The notes beneath the pieces were generated by a model. The model searched no databases, had not been told where the DNA came from, and saw nothing but the letters and a program-made list of their open reading frames with translations. A program made the translations under genes and the position numbers. 64,000 nt of DNA. Origin: Octopus vulgaris (lineage: Eukaryota). Of the stretch, positions 54,050 through 64,000 are shown piece by piece; positions within the stretch are counted from its first letter, which is position 1, and every line of letters begins with the position of its first letter. The stretch lies in NCBI GenBank assembly GCA_951406725.2, contig OX597821.1, forward strand, positions 85,622,001-85,686,000, in the 5' to 3' direction.

Positions 54050-54560
54050 ATATCCATGATTTCATTCTAAGTTGTAGAACATTATTACCTATGATCTGAC
54101 CCGGGGCAATGAAATTGACTCTACTTGTTTTTCGACCTAGTCGAATTGGGATCGAAATCTCCAGCAGATCATACACGCCCTAGTGTTTTAAAAAGGAAAG
54201 ACAAGTCGGTTTAATTTGTTTTAGATATATAATGAATTCTGATTTAGGCACAACGTCAGCAATTGGAAGGTGCTAGTGGTGGCGGTTAATCGAGACTATC
54301 GACCTCAGTACTAGACTGGTACCACATTTGCTTTTTTTTTGTTTTTTTTTTTCGAGCCCGAAAGAATGAAATGTAAAGATGGCCTCGACGGGATCTGAAC
54401 TCCGAATGTAAAGAGCCTGAAGAAATACCTTGAAGAATTTTGTACGATGCTCTGACGATTCTGATAATCCGCCGCTCCCTTTCAAGATATAATGAAAAGA
54501 TAGGATGATATAAGATGAACTGAAACAACGACGACGACGACGACGACGGCAACGGCGGCG

Positions 54561-54593
<33 letters not shown>

Positions 54594-54656
54594 ACAACAG
54601 CTCATAGCTATCATCTTATTTGCTGGCCAGAAGAAACTGGATATTTTCTCTAATCA

Positions 54657-57600
54657 TCTAAAGCCCTTCTATATTAGGAGACGTGTTTTGCTATTACTTT
54701 GGCCATTTACAAGGTCTCTTAGTCAGTAGAGGCGAGGAAAGAATCCACGGCTAATGGATTATTCTTAGAGTAAAAATCTAGATTGAATTTATAAAATAGA
54801 CTGGTCTCTCCTGACGCACTCAATTTCCAGAGGGTGATGTCGATCTGGGCGACGTGTTCGGTGTACCATATCACGACTATGCATGTGCAGCATTAGCACA
54901 CTGACATAGCTTGGAGTGCTTGGGGTGCTTGGGATGTGCGCAGTGCACAGGGCGGTCACTTTACATGTGTGTTTAATGTAAGAAATAGGTATGTTATGTT
55001 CAAGGAAAGGGGCAGGAAATTTGGTTACTGTACAGGGTGGCCAATACCCAGGCTACGACACTGATTTGCAAAACATTAACGCACAGTTCCTGTCTGTTCA
55101 ATTCAAATTACAAGTTTTGGGTCGACCTGACTTTGGGCTAAAGACACTTGCCCAAAATAATATTTGGAAGGTATTATTGCATTTTCATGACTTCCATTTT
55201 AACGCTAAAGAGGGCATACATCAGATGGAAGCGATTTGAGTGATTTTTTCTACAAATGATTCTTTTATTTTTTTTTGTTGTTGTTATAAGTGTTTCTTAG
55301 CCGTATCAGCCTATTGTCATTTTCCGAATTACTATTTTGGGCATGCGTAAAGTGATCCATTGAATGCCGAAAGAGTTAGAGGACAAATATATACGCCACA
55401 GGCGACAACTCTCGCAGTATTCTTTGACTGGTGTAGATATGGCCCATTCGCCGTGACCATATTCTGCCCAGACGTACCGAAGTATTACACCTGGAATAAC
55501 CATGTTAAGAGGTTGAAGAGGAGAAAGCTTGGTGTAACCGTCGAAGGGCATCCACACATTAAAAAAAAACAGTAATGCTCTAGGTTGAGTTTATATGCTC
55601 CACCCCAAAACCTTCGAATACTACTGTCTCCGGATGCTCCTCCACAAAGTTCCTGGACCAACGTCATTCAAAGACCTTAAAATAGTAAACTCCTTGACTT
55701 GCGAAGCATTTTGACAAGCCTGCCAACTGTCAAGTCTTCTCGAAGATGGCGGTCACTGGAGTTTAGCTCTTTCTGACGCAGCAACCGCATGCACAGCTTA
55801 CCAACTAAAAAGATTCTTCGTCATCATGTTTTACCATTGCGATTTACCGAATCCACTTCAACTTTGGGAAGACCACAAAGACAGCCTATCTGATGACATA
55901 CTTCATGAAGTTCGACGGTTGCATGGGCCAAGTGTCTCCTACTCGGATGTTATATACACCGAAGTATTTCGGAATTTACAAGACATGCTTAATTCCATTG
56001 GGTGGGTGGGTCAAAAGCTTATCTGACTACGGCATTCCAACACTTTCAGCTGAACATCACGGCCTTTCAAGAGAAGTCATTCGAGAAAGAGCATATGACT
56101 TGGATGCTCTGAAAAAACAACTTGAAAGTGAACCATTATTACAAGCTGAGCAAAGGTTTGTTTACAATGAAATAGTAGTGTCTACCTTGCTAGGAGAAGG
56201 ACGTCTTTTCTTCATTGATGTATCAGGAAGAACGGGGAAAATGTTTCTACTTGACCAACTTCTGGCAAAAATAAGGCAGATGGAAAACAAAGTGATTGCA
56301 GTTGCATCATCAGGGACAGCGGCAACTTTGTTAACAGGTGGACGAACAGCTCACTCAACGTTCAAATTACCTTTCAATTTGATTTCAATGGATGCCCAAA
56401 TGTGCAATATTTCAAAACGATCACCGACGGCGGAAGTTCTGCTCCAAACTACACTTATTGTCTGGGATGAATGCACGAGGGCACACTGTGGTGCACTAGA
56501 AGCCCTAGATAGGTCACTAAGGGATATTAGAAACAATACTGCCATTATGGGAGCTTAACTGTTGTCCTTGCAGGGGACTTCCGTCAAATATGACCAGTCA
56601 TACTACGGAGTACGCGAGCTGATGAGATCTATGTGTGTCTGAAGAACTCTTCACCTCTGTGGAGGTTTGTTCGTCACCTTTCATCAAGCAAGAATTTGTG
56701 AGCTCATCTCTACAATGACCCCTTAGCTGAGGAATTCTCTCATCAACTTCTACAAATTGGAAATGGCGCTTTACTGCTGAATAACACCCTTCAGCAGCAT
56801 GTACTGCAATCTAGACACATGGTGTCTACATTGGCTGAACTTAAAGAAAAGGCATTTCCCACATTGCAAGACAACTTCAAAAACATAACATGGTTCGCAG
56901 AGAGAGCTATTTTAGCATCTTGGAATGAATGCGTTGATAAAGTAAACCATGAACTCCTCCACATTTTACTTGGAGATGCTTCAACGTTTGTCTCCATTCA
57001 TACGACCATCGACGAACATGCCGCTGTGGAGTATCTATTTGAATTTCTCAACTCTCTACAACTCACAGGACTGCCACCACATAAGTTGTTCCTAAAGAAA
57101 GGTGCACCTATCATGCTTTTGAGGAATTTGGAGCCACCACGACTATGCAATGGTACAAGATTGATTATAACTACAATAACAAATCATGTTCTAGAAGCAA
57201 CCACTATAGCCGGCTGCCATCGAGGAGAGATCGTATACATTCCACGCATGCCCCTTATCCACTCAAATGTGCCTTTTCAATTCAAGCGCCTCCAGTTCCC
57301 AGTGCGATTGTGCTTCGCTATGACTATCAACAAAGCCCAGAGTCGAACTTTAAAAATTGTGTGTCTCAATTTACAACTACCCTGCTTTTCTCGTGGACAA
57401 CTATATATCGCATGCTATCGAGTTAACAGTGCAGATGACTTGTATCTTTATTCTACCAAAACTGGATTACGCAAAACATAATTTACCCAGAAGAATTGTC
57501 GACTTCACTTAACATATGTTGAAGTGTGCAGTCTGCCCAAGCATTACAGAGATGGTGCTTTTCACAATGAAGCAGCTTTCTTTCCAGGTATCTTACTTTC

Positions 57601-57896
57601 TGCAATACGGATACTTCTATGTTCTCATTCGTCATCAAATTCTTTACATCCGTAAGTCTAGGTCATTTTGGGGGCATTTTTAGGATTTCATTCTAATCTA
57701 AGCTGCTATTCTACATGTTTTTGGTGACAACAATTTCAGCATTGTTCATCACAAAAATGATCGTAAAATATGTTTATAAAAAAGAGCTGTTTGCTTCACG
57801 CTTCTCGTGTGCCGATTCTACCAATAAGAAAGAAACAAATAATACAATGTGGCTGTAGGTTAAAAACATCTGGGCAACGCCGTGATGCATTGCTTG
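54657..57896 (+). mobile_element. Internally deleted, formerly autonomous Helitron
   Basis: Contains the Rep/Hel remnant. Decayed 3' terminus TCTGGGCAACGCCGTGATGCATTGCTTG|T (~57869-57896) resembles the ends of the short Helitrons. The 5' A|TC at 54657 is tentative. Confidence 0.6.
55360..57500 (+). pseudogene. Helitron Rep/Helicase C-terminal half (PIF1-like SF1 helicase), frameshifted
   Basis: PKYYTWN; LRMLLHKVPGPTSFKDL; DVSGRTGKMFL (Walker A-like); VASSGTAATLLTGGRTAHSTFKLP; LIVWDEC (Walker B); GDFRQ; LPPHKLFLKKGAPIMLLRNLEPPRLCNGTRL; FKRLQFPVRLCFAMTINKAQ; GQLYIA. Several stops and frameshifts. Confidence 0.93.
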
Positions 57897-57984
57897 TGTG
57901 TGTGTATGGCAAATGAAAGACAGAAGATGGAATATACGAGAATTTATCATTAATCACGACGGTTGCTTAGACACATCTAGCATC

Positions 57985-58216
57985 GATTCCTCATGGGCGG
58001 GACACTCAACAACTGGTTCAGGAGCATCCGGTGGTGCAGATGTATCTCGTCGGGTGATAAATACATACAACTCGTTAAAATAACTGTTCCCGTTTTGCAG
58101 AAAGAAAAGCAGAACGGTTATTTTAACGAGTTGTATTTATTTATCACCTGACGAGATACATCTGCACCGCCATTTGGTCCTGAACCAGTTGTTGAGTGTC
58201 CCAGCCATGGGGAATC
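57985..58216. repeat. Inverted repeat, ~105-bp arms with ~22-bp spacer (MITE-like)
   Basis: GGGACACTCAACAACTGGTTCAGG...ATACAACTCGTTAAAATAAC mirrored at 58112-58216 with several mismatches. Confidence 0.8.
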
Positions 58217-58622
58217 TGTGACCGGATCTACTTGTCCGGTATAGGATTGGACAGTCATCAGTGAGCATGCACTTCACGTCGACGAACCCATTCACAAAAT
58301 TTTCGCTCCAACACCCATTGCAGAAGATGGAAATAGCTAAAGCAAAACATCCGTAGGAATCAAATGTTATCGACTGCATATTGTGCATAACCTTTTATTT
58401 TTTTTTTCATATACATATATCATCATCATCAACCTCCTCCTCCTCCTCCTCCTCCTCCTCCTCATCCTCATCATCATCATCATCATCATCATTCTAAATG
58501 CTATGCTGCTGTAGTATGCTCTCCATTAGGCTGAATGTCTGGTAATTTTGTGACTGGGCCGTCACCGGGATCTACGCTTACACATGCACGCATGAAGGCA
58601 CGCACAAGCACGCACACACACA

Positions 58623-58670
<48 letters not shown>

Positions 58671-58892
58671 GTATGTATGTATGCATGTGTATACACACAC
58701 ACAGACACACACACACACACACACACATCTACACACAAACTCTCTCTCACACACACACATATACACATAGAAACCACTGACGAGCGAGCGCAGCTGTCGC
58801 TGCATGAGGCAGGCTGCACAGAAACTTAAGACATAAGTCTGTAATCTAATTTAATACACAAAACTATATTCAAACACGTGTATATGCAATAT

Positions 58893-59018
<126 letters not shown>

Positions 59019-59326
59019 TTTGTTATATACATGTATGTGTGCATTTGTGTAATGTCTATCTGTCAGTTTGTTATTCATAAGGTGTATTGTATTACATGGA
59101 GTAATTAATAAATGTAAACAGATGTTTATTTGTGCTCAGAACCATTGAATTACGAAACGGGGACAAGTTTCTATAAATAACGTTCATGTTTTTTGTTTGT
59201 TTTTGTTTTTGTTTTTGTTTTTTTGTCTAAATTTCTTGCTCACCTCTACTACACCAAAACGTGAAGAAAGCTATGAAAGCTATTTTCCTTTACATGGGAT
59301 CTCCATTTGTTGACTTTGAAATTATA

Positions 59327-59737
59327 TAGGAGTGGCTGTGTGGTAAGTAGCTTGCTAACCAACCACATGGTTCCGGGTTCAGTCCCACTGCGTGGCATCT
59401 TGGGCAAGTGTCTTCTACTATAGCCCCGGGCCGACTAATGCCTTGTGAGTGGATTTGGTAGACGGAAACTGAAAGAAGCCTGTCGTAGATATGTATATAT
59501 ATATGTATATGTGTGTGTGTGTTTGTGTGTCTGTGTTTGTCCCCTAGCATTGCTTGACAACCGATACTGGTGTGTTTACGTCCCCGTCACTTAGCGGTTC
59601 GGCAAAAGAGACCGATAGAATAAGTACTGGGCTTAGAAAGAATAAGTCCCGGGGTCGATTTGCTCGACTAAAGGCGGTGCTCCAGCATGGCCGCAGTCAA
59701 AATGCCTGAAACAAGTAAAAGAGTAAAAGAGTAAAAG
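59327..59737 (+). mobile_element. SINE family A
   Basis: Family A motifs. Confidence 0.92.
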
Positions 59738-59777
59738 ATGTACATACATTCATACATACATACATACATACATACAT

Positions 59778-59810
<33 letters not shown>

Positions 59811-60009
59811 TGTTGTTGTGTATAGGGAGAGTCATAATACATTGATATATAACACACTCACCGGTTCAATTTCCACTCAGTTATTTATTTATTTATTCCA
59901 GAAAGCTTTTCCGTCGCTGCATTTGCGACCGTATCAATGGATTTTGACTTGACTGCCCGCTATTGAAACAAATTCACATAAGGAATCATTTGCAAACCAG
60001 ATACAAAAC

Positions 60010-60166
60010 AGGTGGGGCTGTATGGTAAGTAGCTTGCTTACCAACCACGTGGTTGCGGGTTCAGTCCCACTGCGTGGCACCTTGGGCAAGTGTCTTCTAC
60101 TATAGCCTCGGGTTGACCAAAGCCTTGTGAGCGGATTTGGTAGATGGAAACTGAAAGAAGCTCGTC

Positions 60167-60220
<54 letters not shown>

Positions 60221-60450
60221 GTATGTGTATATGTTTGTGTGTCTGTGTTTGTCTCCCTAACATTGCTTGACAACCGATGGTGGTGTGTTTACGTCCCCGT
60301 AACCTAGCGGTTCAGCAAAAGAGACCGATAGAATAAGTACTAGGCTTACAAAGAATAAGTCCTGGGGTCGATTTGCTCGACTAAATGCGGTGCTCCAGCA
60401 TGGCCGCAGTCAAATGACTGAAACAAGTAAAAGAGTAAAAGAGTAAAAGA

Positions 60451-60451
<1 letters not shown>
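60010..60451 (+). mobile_element. SINE family A
   Basis: Family A motifs. Confidence 0.92.
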
Positions 60452-60494
<43 letters not shown>

Positions 60495-60526
60495 ATATGT
60501 ATGTATATATGTATATATGTATATAT

Positions 60527-60675
60527 GAGTTCTTTTACAGGGCGTAAAAAAACTGAAGGACCGCTGCAATAAGTGTGTGAATCTGATAGAAGAATATGTT
60601 GAATAAAATCATAATTGAGTGATCCTCTTGTATTTTCTGCTACCCAAAGCCAGGAATATTAAGCACCCTCTGGTA
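60527..60675 (+). mobile_element. Mariner transposon 3' fragment
   Basis: Translates QGVKKLKDRCNKCVNLIEEYVE*, like the mariner transposase C-terminus; ends AGCACCCTCTGGTA, a decayed TIR. Confidence 0.65.
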
Positions 60676-63092
60676 TATGCATGCACATGCACATTCAATA
60701 ATGACCCTACACACACGACAGCAAAGCATATACAAAACAAATGCACACGCACTCACGCGAGTAATCACTCACATATTTTAACGGCAATCATTTACTACTG
60801 CTTTATTCAAATTTTTACACTAACGCGGTACGTCTTAAAGCATTCCGACATGTTTCATGAAGGTAAATTTGTATACAAGTGTTAGAGAAAGTCACACCCA
60901 TTTGGCGGTCAGTAGAGTCATACTTTATTGGCCGGAGTACGAAATAAGGTGTAAGATGCTACCAACACTAAAAGGTAAGGCAGAGTCTTCACTCAAGGTG
61001 TATATTCGTCGAATAGGCAGGCTACTCTACGTGCTTTTAGTCGAGAATTCAAATTTGTGAACAGTGTCTTGGGATATGTATTCGATTTAAAGTTTTCCAA
61101 AATGAATCCATAAGAATATGGAATCGGTGTGTCAATAAAATTCCAACTTATTCTCACTTTACTTGTTTCTTGGCCTCAAACTCCACCACCCTGTCTCGAT
61201 ATATCTGAAGCGCAGAGGCCAAGGACATCGCCGCCCTGCAATGACAGTCAATAATTTGACAGAATTACTCCATATTTTAACAGATTGCACAACTGAAGAC
61301 TTTATTTCAAAAGTTACAAGTACTGAAACAGCTTGCGTCATTCCTCAATAGAAATTCAATGTATTATCCAACTGTCGTCACAAGTGAGCATTCGGTCCGT
61401 CAAAGACCAAATTGTTGATCCTCAACCACTGAGGCCCAACGAACGGTTTTCGTTCCTATGAAATAATGCTGTGTTGTCTTAGCTCTGACAACACAACTTT
61501 CATGTTTCACATTGAAGAAATGATTGAAACCCATTTTCGTCGGGGTCATTTCCTTCCCTAAGTGCGCCTTCCCTAAGTGCGTCTTCTAATTTACTCTCAT
61601 GATTCACTTCGAACCTATTTATCTCTGTCTATATTTCTCTGCTATATGTAACTGATTCTATTCTAACCAGCCATTTCAGAGCGCCCCTCTGCAACCTTAT
61701 TAATCCGTTTACTTTGGGTGTTGGTTCCCTGATTATACGTCCTACCCTGGCCAGTTAGCGGTACAGACCACAAACTGGCTTTTACTGTGGACCCTACACT
61801 TTCCAGTGATCTTACAAATACTCTATCATGATACTATCCAGATGATCTGATGTTGATGTTCCATGTCCATTTTAGTGCATTCGGAGAATTCACTCGATAT
61901 CTGTCAAACTGTTCGAACCGCCTGAACCGGTTTCTAGTCTTTTACATACCTCTCTCTAAATATATAACCTCAACAACCCTTAACGTGAGTCTAAAAGCCA
62001 TTACTGAACTCCACTTGCGCTAAGGAGCGGAATGTTCTTGTAAATGTTTCCAGATTCCTGAAAATTCAACCAGTAGTCCCATAAGGATGGAAATTATTAC
62101 AGTATGGTTCTCAGTTATACTATACAAACTTTGAAGGAGCCTCAATGTCGGTGTTTGACCTATTAGAAATAGCAGCAAAATCTTCGGTAATTAACATGGT
62201 ACCGTTAATTCTGCCGAAAATGCAGAATTCTTACTGTTGGAATCATAATTCTTTTTAATCTATATTATCAGAGAGTAAAAAAATAGAAATAAAAATAAAA
62301 AATGAAAAAGAAGACAACAACATAGAACAAAATTTTGAGTGACAGCGACATTTCACTCTTTTGAAATCTGTCTGCATTTGTTGCTAATCTTTTATAAAAC
62401 AGTCATTGTTCCATTGTCCCCTAAATCCGCATCAACACTTGACTTTCTCAACAAGGGACACTCTTCGTCATTTACCATCAATACCACCATTACGACCGCC
62501 GTTGCCATTGCTTTGCCGCCGTCGTTTTCACTTCTTCAAATCGATCAAGCTCCCCCTCCCACCATTTTATTTCATTTGTCATTCATCTTAGATTTTAAAA
62601 AAATTAAACCTGAATGGAAATCTAAACAAATCTCACGTAACACTCCATCGGTAGTGAGACTAACAATAAGGACTTCATGGGGTTTGTAAACAGTAAAGCC
62701 AGATAGTAGGAAGCAGCCGTTGAAAATTAAACAATCAATACTTCACACCACAAGTCAATGAGGGATGCGTTTAGTTCATCGATCCCATACGATCTGAGTT
62801 CAAGTCCGTCGAAATAATTTTGCCACTCATACTTACTTGGTGGATAAAATAAAGTACTAGTCAAGTACTGAAGTTGATCTAATTGACTAACATCTACTTC
62901 TTAGAATTGCTGGCCTTGTGCTAATGTTGTGCTTCTTCCTAGAATCGTTGGCCTTGTTCCAGAATTATAATTATTTCATCGATCTCGGAAGGGTTAAACA
63001 CAAATTATACTTCGGTGAGATTTAAACTCAAGACGTAGAAGAACTATAACTAAATACTGCAGGCATTTTGTCCGATGCTCTAACGATTCTGA

Positions 63093-63474
63093 TTTCTTTA
63101 TTGCCCACAAGGGGCTAAACAAGGACAGACAAAGGGATTATGTCGATTTCATCGACCCTAGTGCGTAACTGGTACTTAATTTATCGACCCCGAAAGGATG
63201 AAAGGCAAAGTTGACCTCGGCGGAATTTGAACTGAGAACGTAGCGGCAGACGAAATACCTGTTTCTTTACTACCCACAAGGGGATAAACAGGGGGGACAA
63301 ACAAGGACAGACAAACGGATTAAGTCGATTATATCGACCCCAGTGCGTAACTGGTACTTATTTAATCGACCCCGAAAGGATGAAAAGCAAAGTCGACCTC
63401 GGCGGAATTTGAACCCAGAACATAACGCTAAGCATTTCGCCCGGCGTGCTAACGTTTCTGCCAGCTCGCCGCCT
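63093..63474 (-). mobile_element. Meta-domain SINE dimer
   Basis: Head + unit + second headless unit; 12-bp TSD TAACG(A/C)TTCTGA at 63081-63092 and 63475-63486. Confidence 0.88.
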
Positions 63475-64000
63475 TAACGCTTCTGACAGACCATTGCCTG
63501 TCTGGTTTACCGGTTAAACAGCAGCGATAGGATAATACCACGATGCCAAATTTTGTCTGTTTTCCAGAGAAGTGGTTGCTAGTTACCTTTGAAGTCTTCT
63601 TTGAACAATCAGTCGTCAGTTTACCTGAATGGAAACAATATAGTTATTAAGAAGTTGGGTTGAAATTAAAACATGCAACTTCTCACAGCTCTAGCGTCAC
63701 TCCTTCACAGTCAGCCTATGGACTTTTCAACCACTACTGCAACTTATACATGCCAAAGTATCGACTCCGATCGCCTAACTACGGGTGCAGGATATAGTTG
63801 TATTGAGAAATATTCACCAAAAAGTGTGATTTACTATTCTGTCAGCTTTCCAGAGACTTAATAACCAAGTATTTACATTGCAGTGTTTCCTTATCCTTGA
63901 GTCCTTCGCTTCCTATGAAGTATAGGCTATCGATGACTTTTTCTCCATATGCAAGTAATAGCAACTATATTGCAACTCGATCTCACACTACTGTTTTATA

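Noticed and set aside
55893-57481. Host PIF1 helicase gene
   Set aside because: Intronless, with stops, frameshifts and degraded motifs, Helitron-specific upstream motifs and a Helitron-like 3' end.

Overview
AT-rich, microsatellite-saturated animal genomic DNA. The repeat families (tRNA-derived SINEs with an internal (TA/TG)n tract, Meta-domain SINEs, V-SINE-like elements, short Helitrons) suggest an octopus/cephalopod genome; this is an inference from repeat recognition. Most ORFs in the supplied track are microsatellite or SINE translations. The recognisable protein-coding remnants are all transposon pseudogenes: a Helitron Rep/Hel C-terminus with a PIF1 helicase (55.4-57.5 kb), a hAT transposase (19.8-21.3 kb), an L1/Tx1-type endonuclease N-terminus and a mariner C-terminus. 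One candidate host gene was found: a two-coding-exon, 55-aa + strand microprotein (40794-40876 + 45823-45907). The most striking signal is a set of type I hammerhead ribozyme motifs in at least five unrelated Penelope-like non-coding elements. These include a tRNA-head + hammerhead SINE inserted as a head-to-head hairpin with a 9-bp TSD, and a perfect 130-bp palindrome encoding a complete hammerhead on each strand. Also notable are SINE concatemers enclosed by single TSDs, a (TAA)n-targeting short retroelement and modular non-autonomous Helitrons. All structures were read by eye; no folding or database searches were run, and SINE/microsatellite boundaries are approximate.
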